Of a DNA stretch of 64,000 bases, positions 8,388-17,116 are shown in pieces. Below the pieces are notes generated by a model that saw nothing but the letters and a program-made list of their open reading frames with translations, was not told the origin of the DNA and ran no database searches. Every line of letters begins with the position of its first letter. Position 1 is the stretch's first letter. Made by a program: the position numbers and the translations under genes. The stretch is from Candidatus Binatia bacterium (lineage in GTDB: Bacteria > Desulfobacterota > Binatia > UBA9968), in the NCBI GenBank assembly GCA_036555515.1, contig DATBLC010000344.1:14958-78957 (forward strand). The letters run 5' to 3'.

Positions 8388-8844
8388 TTAACCCGGATTC
8401 CACAGTTATTAAGGAGTCCACAATTGAGTAACCAAACAGCGACCGAGGGGTGAGACCTGGAGAGCGCGGGCACAGGAGTGCAAAGGTTGTTTTCAGGCCC
8501 TGCCGGCGGGCATTTCCACCTATGGAGAGGACGGGGCGGTGGCCGGCAAGGCAGAGAACCATTGACCGCGATCGGAAGGGCTCGCCTCTCGGTCGCACAC
8601 TAGCGACATAGTCTCTAAATAACGAACTCATTAGTAAGCTGAGGAGCCCGGAAGCGAGGTGGAACACTGGAGTAGCCAACTGTGAAATCTCAAAGTCACT
8701 TCGCACGTAGGCACTTTGCTATAACGAGCTTTAACGTTCCATCCAAGCGCCGCTGATCGATGTCTGCTCAGACCCATCGACTTTGCTACGGAAGGGTTCC
8801 GCCTCGCGCTTCCTCCGGGACGCAACTGCGGAATCCGGGTTGAA
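8388..8844 (-). mobile_element. MITE-like element copy B (reverse orientation) carrying a nested ~230-bp insertion
   Basis: The reverse complement aligns with copies A and C over both TIRs and the subterminal arms. An extra segment at 8417-8646 is absent from A and C. Confidence 0.7.
8417..8646. other. GC-rich, highly self-complementary ~230-bp insert nested in element copy B; unknown nature (candidate structured RNA or second mobile element)
   Basis: Flanked by direct AGGAG (CTCCT on the other strand) at 8412-8416 and 8642-8646. On the - strand, GCGACCGAGAGGCGAG pairs with CTCACCCCTCGGTCGC, TGCCGGC with GCCGGCA, and CCACC with GGTGG. Confidence 0.4.
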
Positions 8845-8993
8845 CTAAAGCGTGCGGCGGGTTCACGGTGATTGGCCGGCCTCGCAGCATCGTCGTGTGT
8901 TTGACAGTTCCCCGACCTATTCGATAGTGTTCCGCCAATCAAAGTCAGCGTGCACTGTTATTTCACTGCCCGCGGAGAAAAGGAGATCCAATC

Positions 8994-10070
8994 ATGAGCC
9001 TCGATTACGTCAGCAACCAAGAGATCATACAGGCGGCGCGCCGCAATTTGCCGCAGGATGTCTGGGATTATTTGACCGGCGGCGCGGAGTCGGAAACCAC
9101 CATGCGGCGCAACCGCTTAGGCTTCGATACCCTCGCCTTGCGGCCGCGGGTGCTGGTGGATGTTTCAAAAGTCGACACTTCGACGGCCTTCCTCGGACAG
9201 AAGCTGCGCATTCCGGTAATGATGGCGCCCATCGGTTCGCTGCAAACGATTACACCCGAAGGCGGAGTCGCCGTTGCGAAGGCCGCCGCGGAATTCGGCA
9301 GCATGAACTTTGTCAGTTCCGTTACCCAACCGAGCCTGGAAGAAATCGCCGCGAGCACAAACCACCCGAAAATTTTTCAACTCTATGTGCGTGGCGATTT
9401 GGACTGGTGCGCGGAAATCATTGGGCGCGTCAAAAAGGCCGGCTATATGGCTCTTTGTCTTACCGTGGACACCGCGCATTACAGCCGTCGCGAACGGCCG
9501 CTGCTCAACCGTTGGCAGCCGCCCAGCAGACGCTCTGAAACCAATCGACATTTTCAGGGCATGTTAACCTGGAAAACTATGGATGCGATCAAGAAACTCG
9601 CCGGCTTGCCGTTTATTCTAAAGGGCGTCGCCACGGCGGAAGATGCCAAACTGGCGGTGGAGCACGGAGTCGACGTGATTTATGTTTCCAATCACGGTGG
9701 GCGACAGCTGGATCATGGCCGGGGCACGATCGACACGCTTCCTGAGATCGTCGAAGCCGCGGCAGGCAAAGCGGACGTCATCCTCGACGGCGGCGTGACG
9801 CGTGGAACCGATATCGTCAAAGCCTTGGCCCTCGGAGCGAAGGCGGTGACCATCGGCAAGCTTCAAGGCTGGGGTTTGGGTGCCGGCGGCGCCGCCGGAT
9901 TGGTGCGCGTGCTTGAATTGCTCGAAGAAGAACTCGTCATCGACATGGCCTTGCTGGGAGTTACGCGAGTCGACCAGATAACCGCCACCTACGTGTGCAA
10001 GGCCCAAGCCGTGACCTCGCCACACGAGATGAGCGCGTTCGTCCATATCGCCGGCGGACAGTTGCGTTAA
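8994..10070 (+). CDS. FMN-dependent alpha-hydroxy-acid dehydrogenase/oxidase (L-lactate dehydrogenase / glycolate oxidase family)
   Basis: 358 aa. Motifs RIPVMMAPIG, FQLY, ILKGV, SNHGGRQLD, DGGVTRGTDIVKALALGA. AGGAGA RBS upstream. Confidence 0.8.
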   Translation: MSLDYVSNQEIIQAARRNLPQDVWDYLTGGAESETTMRRNRLGFDTLALRPRVLVDVSKVDTSTAFLGQKLRIPVMMAPIGSLQTITPEGGVAVAKAAAEFGSMNFVSSVTQPSLEEIAASTNHPKIFQLYVRGDLDWCAEIIGRVKKAGYMALCLTVDTAHYSRRERPLLNRWQPPSRRSETNRHFQGMLTWKTMDAIKKLAGLPFILKGVATAEDAKLAVEHGVDVIYVSNHGGRQLDHGRGTIDTLPEIVEAAAGKADVILDGGVTRGTDIVKALALGAKAVTIGKLQGWGLGAGGAAGLVRVLELLEEELVIDMALLGVTRVDQITATYVCKAQAVTSPHEMSAFVHIAGGQLR

Positions 10071-10120
10071 TATGGAGCGCGATCGAGGGATATTTTTTCG
10101 GCAACGACCTTGAGCCTTCC

Positions 10121-10507
10121 TCACTGACGCGGTGTGGCGGGGGTAGTAGTATCGGCATCGTCGCTCGGCGCGCCGCGGTCGAGCCAGTCTTTGAAATCAC
10201 GCATCGCATGGGCCAGGCGCCATTCGTCGAGCACAGCTCTGGCCATCGCTGCTACCGCGCCCGAGGAATGGTTACTCTCGTTCTTCTCAGCATAGCGCAG
10301 CAGCCACTCTTCGAACATTTCCGATTCGGGGTCGTCTTGAACGACGCGTTCAAGGACCTCGCGCTTGATCGCAAGCCCGATGGCGTCGGGCGTTTGATCG
10401 CGTTTGCGTTTTTTTCTGCGTCCTTCGGAAGCCTCGAGCGCCGCGAGCAAGGCTCGGCAAACGTCGGCAGGGCGAAAGGACTGCAATGATTTTTTGTCCG
10501 CATTCAT
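10121..10507 (-). CDS. Hypothetical protein, last gene of the fdh operon
   Basis: ATG at 10507 lies 4 nt after the fdhE TGA (TGAAGCCATG). 128 aa with a basic RRKKRKRD patch and an acidic C-terminus. I recognise no family. Confidence 0.5.
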   Translation of the reverse strand: MNADKKSLQSFRPADVCRALLAALEASEGRRKKRKRDQTPDAIGLAIKREVLERVVQDDPESEMFEEWLLRYAEKNESNHSSGAVAAMARAVLDEWRLAHAMRDFKDWLDRGAPSDDADTTTPATPRQ

Positions 10508-10511
10508 GGCT

Positions 10512-11381
10512 TCAGGCAAAGCGGTGGCGTGACGCGCCGCTTTCAGTCACCATTAGGTTTAAGGAATAGCCGGCGCCGTCCGGGCGTCTGTATCCTTGCT
10601 CGGCGGCCGCGACATCCAGCTCGACGCTGGCGAGATCGTCGAGGATAACCTTGGCCGGGAGGCTCCCCTGCAGCGTGGTAAAAGTCTTGACATAACCGAG
10701 ACAGCGCTTGCACGCATCGATGGCCGATTTCGAGCTGATCTCCGGGACGAACGAGAGCTGCTCTTTGTGATCGGTCATGCCGCAGTAGGGACAAAACAAC
10801 AAGTGCGTTTGCCACTCCGCGCCACAGCGGCCGCAGCGCAAGTAGCGGCTCCGTTCGATGCCGCGCGCCTCGGCAAATGCCGGCCAGGCGCCGCAGACCG
10901 GGCAATAACCTTCCATCCAGCTCACCGCTATTTCACGCGCCCAACGGCGGTTGCAAGCTTGGAGGAACGGTACGGGTAACAGGACCGCAACGGCTTGGAA
11001 CGCCTCCGGATCAACGCCAAGAGCCGCCGCGATCGCCGTTAGACGAACGCCGTCCTGGTGAAGCGAAGCTCTGAACAGGGTGAAGATATCCAGTTTTGCG
11101 TCTAGCGCCGCTTCCAGCGTCGCCATCTTGGCGGTTCCGCTCTGGGACGCGACGCGGATCAGTCGCTCGAAGAACGCGCGAAGCGAATTCTTTTCCAATG
11201 CGACGTTGACTTCGGCCAAGAGCGGAACCTTGCTCAGTTGCGTGCCCGCGCGAAGCGGAACAACGGCGTCCCACTTGGAATCGGCGGTTTCGCGTAGGAT
11301 CTCTTGAACGACGGAAAGCCACGGCTCCCACTCCGGGTACTGGCACTTTAAGTTTTGCAGGCGGGCATCGAGGTCCGTCAT
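10512..11381 (-). CDS. fdhE: Formate dehydrogenase accessory protein FdhE
   Basis: Four CxxC pairs (CPVCGAWP, CGRCGAEW, CPYCG, CKRCLGY) with FdhE-like spacing; operon context. Confidence 0.8.
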   Translation of the reverse strand: MTDLDARLQNLKCQYPEWEPWLSVVQEILRETADSKWDAVVPLRAGTQLSKVPLLAEVNVALEKNSLRAFFERLIRVASQSGTAKMATLEAALDAKLDIFTLFRASLHQDGVRLTAIAAALGVDPEAFQAVAVLLPVPFLQACNRRWAREIAVSWMEGYCPVCGAWPAFAEARGIERSRYLRCGRCGAEWQTHLLFCPYCGMTDHKEQLSFVPEISSKSAIDACKRCLGYVKTFTTLQGSLPAKVILDDLASVELDVAAAEQGYRRPDGAGYSLNLMVTESGASRHRFA

Positions 11382-11611
11382 TTGCGGCTGAGCTCATCCG
11401 CTTGGCGGGCGCTCTCTAGGGGCGGATGCTTGGAAGGGATAAGCTCCGGGGTTCGGTAGAAGGGGCGCGAGCCTTCGTGCATGCGCATGATCTCTCTGCG
11501 GTTGCCGATATCGGCCCCCGGGCCTCCGCCGCGCGTACGCGCCCCTTCCGGGCTCGCGCAGGCAGCCAGAGAGAAAATCAGAACGAGCAAAACAGTCCGC
11601 CTGAGGTTCAC
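11378..11611 (-). CDS. Small putative lipoprotein (77 aa)
   Basis: In-frame GTG at 11611 directly after the NrfD-like TGA. VNLRRTVLLVLIFSLAAC carries a lipobox. The stop overlaps the fdhE ATG by 4 nt. The longer ORF to 11767 overlaps the upstream gene. Confidence 0.4.
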   Translation of the reverse strand: MNLRRTVLLVLIFSLAACASPEGARTRGGGPGADIGNRREIMRMHEGSRPFYRTPELIPSKHPPLESARQADELSRK

Positions 11612-11612
11612 A

Positions 11613-12518
11613 TCAGACTCCCTGAGCCGAAAAGACAATGACCATGCGCAGAATGAAGCCGCCGACCAAGACCAGCACCGCCGCGGTAGTGAGATTGAGA
11701 TTGCCGAGCCATTGGCGACGCCAATACAGACCCAAAGGAACGAGCATGCCGGCGCCAATGACGCCAAAAAAAAGCAGCAGGCCCCAGGCGGTCAACCATG
11801 CTCGAAATACGGGTCCGAGAGAGATCATGACTGCGATCAGGACAATGAGTTCCAATCCGACCACCCAAGCACCCATGCGATTCAGGGACTCGATGCCGGG
11901 CATCGTCCATCGATACTTTAGCGCCAGCAGGATCATCAACGCCGCCGATATGGACGCGGCGGACACGACGAAAAGCATGCCGAGCAGCGGGGTGTCCGAC
12001 CATATCGGGCGATTGGTTACGGCGAGCAAGACTCCGGTGTAACCGGCGACGTAAAATCCCGCAAGCCCGCCGAGCACTCCGATTACGCCGGCCAGCATTC
12101 CCGGTGGACGCGTTTTACGCCACGCCGGCCAGGCCAGGCGATTGTCCTCAACGAGCGCTCCGAGAAAAGAAATAAGGCTGAATATTCCGAAAATCAAAAG
12201 CGCCCAGGAGCCCACCGACATAGGAGACCAAAGTTTGAAAATCGGCTGAAAAGTGTTCGACTCGATCAGCATATGCCAGAATCGCAGCGGCCGAGTGAGG
12301 TCCAGGGTCAGCAGCAACCCGCTCAGAAGCACGCAGGGAAAGGCAATGTAATAACCCATGCGGGCAAGCGGGCGGTCTTCCGGGCGGCCGAACAAATCGA
12401 TAAGCGAGGCAAGAAAATAGCAACCGCCGGCGAGGCCGCCGAAAAAAAAGTAAAAAACGATCAGCCAACCCCATTCGGGCGGGGCGCTAAAATAAGTGCT
12501 AGAAAGATATGTGTTCAT
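11613..12518 (-). CDS. NrfD/PsrC-family polytopic membrane (quinone-interacting) subunit
   Basis: 301 aa with about 8 predicted TM helices. The start overlaps the fdnH-like stop (ATGA). It sits where the FDH-N cytochrome b subunit normally would. Confidence 0.8.
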   Translation of the reverse strand: MNTYLSSTYFSAPPEWGWLIVFYFFFGGLAGGCYFLASLIDLFGRPEDRPLARMGYYIAFPCVLLSGLLLTLDLTRPLRFWHMLIESNTFQPIFKLWSPMSVGSWALLIFGIFSLISFLGALVEDNRLAWPAWRKTRPPGMLAGVIGVLGGLAGFYVAGYTGVLLAVTNRPIWSDTPLLGMLFVVSAASISAALMILLALKYRWTMPGIESLNRMGAWVVGLELIVLIAVMISLGPVFRAWLTAWGLLLFFGVIGAGMLVPLGLYWRRQWLGNLNLTTAAVLVLVGGFILRMVIVFSAQGV

Positions 12519-13315
12519 GGACGCCCTTCCCGGTTCTCCAGCCTGGCGCCTCGGTTACGGAAATTGATAACGCCCATCAGGCCGATAAGCACGGCGCCTA
12601 AGGCCGAGAACCAAGTGCCCGACTCGAGATTGCGCGTGGGCATTTTGGGATCAGGCGGCAAGCCGTACACTTCCGGTTTGTCCACCAGCAGGTAAAAAGA
12701 GTTAAGCCCGCCGAGCACTTTTTCGTCTGCGCCGTATAGGTACGCCCGCTTTTCGCCGGCCTGGTGCAGCTGCTCCACCCTTTTTTGGGCTCTGTCTTTC
12801 AGATCGCGAATTGTGCCGAACTGAATCGAATTGGTAGGGCAGGCCTTCGAGCAGGCTGGCTCCATGCCGCCCTGGAGACGATCGTAACAGAGCGTGCACT
12901 TCTGCGCGGTTCCCGATGCCGGATTGACTTCGATCACACCAAAGGGGCAGGCCGCAATGCAATCCCGGCAGCCATTACAGGCGTCGGATTGAATGACGAC
13001 CGTGTCGAACTCGGTCCTGACAATGGCGCCCGTCGGACACACTTCGAGGCAAGGCGCCTGAACGCAATGTTTGCAGACGTCGCTCATCAACAGCCAGCGG
13101 CCGTCCTTACGGTCTTCGGTGAACTGCTCGATGAATTTCACGTGACGCCAGTGAATGCCGTCGAGCCGGCGGGTATTGTCGTAGCTGTCGCCGCTGAGCG
13201 TATTGACGCCGCCGTTGGTGCTGGGGAGTTGATTCCACTCTTTGCAGGCCACCTCGCAGGCTTTGCAGCCGATGCACACGGTGGTGTCCGTGTAAAATCC
13301 CATTGGCTCAGCCAT
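12515..13315 (-). CDS. fdnH: Formate dehydrogenase iron-sulfur (beta) subunit, four 4Fe-4S clusters with a C-terminal TM anchor
   Basis: CIGCKACEVACKEWN, CKHCVQAPCLEVCP, CNGCRDCIAACP and CTLCYDR...CSKACP motifs; hydrophobic C-terminal helix. Confidence 0.88.
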   Translation of the reverse strand: MAEPMGFYTDTTVCIGCKACEVACKEWNQLPSTNGGVNTLSGDSYDNTRRLDGIHWRHVKFIEQFTEDRKDGRWLLMSDVCKHCVQAPCLEVCPTGAIVRTEFDTVVIQSDACNGCRDCIAACPFGVIEVNPASGTAQKCTLCYDRLQGGMEPACSKACPTNSIQFGTIRDLKDRAQKRVEQLHQAGEKRAYLYGADEKVLGGLNSFYLLVDKPEVYGLPPDPKMPTRNLESGTWFSALGAVLIGLMGVINFRNRGARLENREGRP

Positions 13316-13323
13316 AAGACCCC

Positions 13324-16300
13324 CTATGCTTTCTCCACATTGCAGACAAACGCTTTTCCCTCATGCATCGAAACGTTCGGATCGGCTATAAGGGATGTCA
13401 ACTCGTTGACCACGTCTCCCGTGCTTAAGCCTTCATAACCCCAGTGCCAGGGCATGCCAACCTGGTGAATAACTTTACCGTCGATCTTGAACGGTTGCAT
13501 CCGCCGGGTCACGAGAGCCTTGGCGCGGATCTGCGTGCGTGGGCTGGAGATTTTGCACCAGTCGAGATTCTTGATGCCTTTCTCCTGGGCCAGCTCCGGA
13601 CTAATCTCAACGAACAGCTCGGGCTGAAGCTCGGTAAGCCACGGCAGCCAGCGGCTCATCCCGCCGGCAAGGTAGTGCTCGGTCAAACGGTACGTGGTCA
13701 AAACATAGGGAAACTTAGGATCCCCCAACTTTGCCAGCTCGTTGCCGGTAGCCTTCCAATGTTTATAGACCGGGCTCGCCTGTTGTTTGTAGAGCGAATT
13801 GGGGACCGGCGACTCGACCGGTTCATAGTGTGTCGGTAACGGACCGTCCACAAGGCCCGCCGGCACGAAAAGCCAGCCGAGGCCATCCGGCCGCATTATA
13901 AAGGGAGCGGTTCCGGGAAGCGCATCCATGCCGGGCGCTCCGGGTTTCGCTTTGTCGGTCGGCGGTTTGGTCGGTACGTAATCCGGCACATCGTAGCCGA
14001 CCCATTTTTTTGCTTCCGCATCCCACCAAACCCACTTCTTTTTTTCGCTCCATGGCTTCCCTTCGGGGTCGGCGGACGCGCGATTGTACATCACACGCCG
14101 GTTCGCCGGCCATGCCCAACCCCACTCCAACTGAGCGCCGGGTTTGCCCGGCGGATCGGGCGTGCGCCTGTCGGCCAGAAGCTTCCCCACCGCGGGATAG
14201 ACACCCGAGTAGATCCACGACGCGCAGGTCGTCGAGCCGTCGTCTTTGAGCTCGCCGAAACCGACGCAATGCCGCGCAGGATCTTCGGTGAAAAAGCCGT
14301 TGACCTCTTTCAGGATTTTCAGCGCCGAAGGCTCGCCCTTCTTACGTTCAGCTTCGTTCTCGTGCTCATAATCCCAGACGACGTTTTTCCAACCCTCGTC
14401 GCGCGGCGCAGTCGAGTTGGCATAAAGCTTCTTTAATCGCTTGCCGAGATCGTAACTGAACAAGGTGTCGGAGCGGCAGTCGCCGGGAGCCTCGGCGGCT
14501 TTGTGATGGAACTGCAGCATCCGCTGCGTGTTCGTGAAAGTCCCTTCAAGCTCGGCGACCTGAGTCGCCGGTAAGTAGAACACTTCCGTTTTAATGTCGG
14601 CCGTCTTCACCTCGCCGTTCTTGACCTCCGGCGCATTCTTCCAGAAATTAGCGGTCTCGGTGATCCAATTGTCCTTCACCACCAGCCATTCGAGCTTCCT
14701 CAGCCCGGCCCGTTCGAGCTTGGCATTGAGCGAGGTGGCGGGGTTTTGACCGATGCAGATCATTCCCTTCACTGTGCCGGCGTTCATCGCGGCGAACATG
14801 GCCATGTGCGAATGATCGCCGAGAATTTTCGGATGCCAATCATAGCCGAACTGGTTCTCCTTGGTCGCAGCATCGCCATAGACCGATTTCAAATAGGACA
14901 CCATAAATTTCGGCAGGTTGGCCCAATATCCAGTCGGCAGCGTCTCGACCGCGAGGAAATCCTGAAGCGTATCATGCTTCTTCAGCGCCGACGGCGCGGA
15001 CATATAGCCCTGGATTGAGTGGTAAAGCGTGGGAATGTCGGTCGATCCCTGAATGGAGGCGTGGCCGCGGAGCGCCATGACGCCGGCGCCTGGACGGCCG
15101 ATGTTGCCGAGTAGAAGCTGCAGCAGCGCGCAGGCACCAATGATCTGGACGCCGTAGGTGTGCTGTGTCCAGGCGACGGCATACGCGAACGACGTCGTCC
15201 GGTCCGCGCCGGAATTGGCGAGTATCGTCTCGGCCACTTTGAGGAACGTGTCCTTGGAACAGCCGGTGATTTTCTCAACCATCTCGGGTGTGTAACGCGC
15301 GAAGTGTTTCTTGACGATCTGGAAAACACAACGCGGGTTTTTAAGAGTTTCGTCCTTCAGCGCCGCTGGCCGCACCAGCGACGCCACAAGCGGCTCGAAC
15401 GGCGGTCCCACCGGCGCTTTGCCGGCCGCTGGCGCGGGAGCGGCTGGCGGCGTGGGCGGCGCCTTGGTGCCGCCGCTGCCCGTCGAGACTTTTGCCTCGC
15501 CGGACTGAGCGGTCGCCGCAGCCCAACCCTGCGCGCCGACTTTTGTGCGAGCATACTGCCAGCTTGCGCCGTCGTACTGATTGAGAAAACCGTTGAACGG
15601 CCATTCGGCGAGCTCCCCCTTGGATTCCGTGAGCCCGGAAAAGACACCGTCCAGATCTTCGGTATCCTTGAAGTCCTCGTTAATGATCGTCGCCGCATTC
15701 GTGTAGTTCACCACGAACGACTTAAAGAACGGGTCCTGGTTCCACTTCTCGCTGTTGATGACGTAATTAATGACGCCGCCCAGAAAGGCGATGTCCGAGC
15801 CCGCGCGCACCGGAGCGTAAATATCGGCAACTGAGCTGGTGCGGGTGAAACGCGGGTCGACGTGAATGATCTTGGCGCCGTGCTCGACCTTGGCCTTCAT
15901 CGGCCAGCGGAAGGCGACGGGATGGTTCTCCGCCATGTTGGAGCCCATGACGATGATGCAGTCGGAGTCGTACATGCTCCGGGGATAGAGTGTGGCTGCA
16001 CCGCGGCCGAATCGTGTCCCCAGACCGGGGACGCTAGAGCTATGTCATATCCGCGCCTGGTTCTCGATGGCGACTATTCCTAGGCCGCGCATGAGCTTTT
16101 GGTGCACGTGGTTGAACTCGACCTCCAGCGTGGCGCCGCCGAGGGAGAAGATCGCGGGCGTCATGTTGACGAGCTTGCCGTTGGGGAGCTTCTCGATAAA
16201 GGTCTCGTCGCGCGTCTTTTTCACCAACTCGGCGATGCGGTTCATGGCCCGTTCCAGATCCCAGACCTCCCAATCGACCGCGCCCGCGGCGCGATGCAAT

Positions 16301-16620
16301 ACCTGGGTAGGACGGTTCGGGTTGACGTGGAGCTGGAAGATGGCGGCTCCCTTGGGACAGAGCGTCCCTTCGTTGTGCGGGCTGCGCGGATCGCCTTCGA
16401 TGTTGACGATCTGACCATTCACCGTGTGAATGAGCGTGCCGCAGCCAACGGAACAGTAGGGGCAGACACTGGGGGTGGTCTTAGCTCCTTTGATGCGAAG
16501 CTCTTGGGCTCGCGCGACGGCCGGCCCTAAATTGACGCCGGAACCAAGGAGGCCGCCGAGCGCCGTGCCCGCGCCTGCTGCCACCGAAAGACGCAGAAAA
16601 TCTCGTCGTGAAGAGTCCAT
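13324..16620 (-). CDS. fdnG: Formate dehydrogenase catalytic (alpha) subunit, bis-MGD, selenocysteine-containing, Tat-exported
   Basis: ORFs 16045-16620 and 13324-15975 are in the same frame, joined through TGA at 16045-16047. The context ENQARI-U-HSSSVPGLG matches the FdnG/FdhF Sec site. Tat motif SRRDFLR; 4Fe-4S motif CPYCSVGCG. Confidence 0.9.
16016..16032 (-). promoter_or_regulatory. SECIS-like hairpin 12 nt downstream of the UGA
   Basis: The mRNA reads UGA CAUAGCUCUAGC GUCCCC GGUCU GGGGAC. This is a 6-bp stem with a GGUCU apical loop, resembling the GGUC loop of the E. coli fdhF SECIS. Confidence 0.55.
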
Positions 16621-16755
16621 ATTTTGACTCCTTTTTCCGAGAAGTGGACTGAAAAAAACAAGAGGCTGACAAGCAACATGATTTCACAAATCGCAGAGCT
16701 GATGAACTTTTCTTCGCTGGCTTAAGTCTTAGGCGTACAGTAAGGACCGGCCGAG

Positions 16756-16783
16756 ATACTATCGCGGGGGAAATCTTTGTCAA
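16756..16783 (-). promoter_or_regulatory. Candidate sigma70 promoter for fdnG
   Basis: The minus strand reads TTGACA, 16 nt, TAGTAT, about 135 nt upstream of the fdnG ATG. Confidence 0.3.
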
Positions 16784-16849
16784 GGAAAAAAAATGGCGCG
16801 ACAAAGGCGGCATTGAGTTACCCTCGTGTAATGATTGAAAAGAGGGGTG

Positions 16850-17029
16850 TTACCGTTTCTTGCTGCTTAGCCGCTCGATCAGTCCGGTCACCTCTTCGAG
16901 GCGGCTGCGGACCTCCGCCTCCGCTTTTCGCACCTCTTCGGGTGGCGCCCCTTTGTCCACCGCGTCTTCATAAGCGGTCACCGCAACGCCGAATACTTTC
17001 AACAGGCGGCGTGTCTCATCGGTTGGCAT
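16850..17029 (-). CDS. Unannotated small ORF (59 aa, predicted helical), below the ORF-track cutoff
   Basis: GGAGGAG RBS 6 nt before ATG at 17029. Translation: MPTDETRRLLKVFGVAVTAYEDAVDKGAPPEEVRKAEAEVRSRLEEVTGLIERLSSKKR, then TAA. Lies between AOR and fdnG. Confidence 0.45.
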   Translation of the reverse strand: MPTDETRRLLKVFGVAVTAYEDAVDKGAPPEEVRKAEAEVRSRLEEVTGLIERLSSKKR

Positions 17030-17054
17030 GGTTTGCTCCTCCTGCGTTGTCGCA

Positions 17055-17116
17055 GTTTCGGGTTTCGAGTTTTGGGTTGCGGGTTAACTCGAAACTCGGA
17101 ACTCCAAACCCGAAAC
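17055..17116. repeat. Palindromic hairpin (GTTTCGGGTTT / AAACCCGAAAC) enclosing the AOR stop codon
   Basis: Perfect 11-bp outer stem, 17055-17065 with 17106-17116, plus inner CGAGTT/AACTCG. The AOR stop (17084-17086) lies in the middle. Confidence 0.6.

Noticed and set aside
8380-8860. The region could hide a housekeeping RNA (RNase P, SRP/4.5S, tmRNA, 6S, cobalamin riboswitch).
   Set aside because: I could not find the signature strings I know (GGAAAGUCCGGGC for RNase P, GGAAGCAGCC-type SRP domain IV, a tmRNA tRNA-like end with an alanine tag, the B12 box). Most of the region is shared with the other two element copies. It remains untested by covariance models.
11340-11362. TGGCAC...TTTTGCA resembling a sigma54 -24/-12 promoter.
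   Set aside because: The GG-to-GC spacing is 15 rather than 12, it lies inside fdhE, and it is on the opposite strand.
16045-16047. In-frame TGA splitting fdnG into 191-aa and 883-aa ORFs could indicate a pseudogene.
   Set aside because: The flanking residues reproduce the conserved FDH selenocysteine site (NQARI-U-HSSSVPGLG), both halves are in frame and intact, and a SECIS-like hairpin follows. I read it as Sec recoding.
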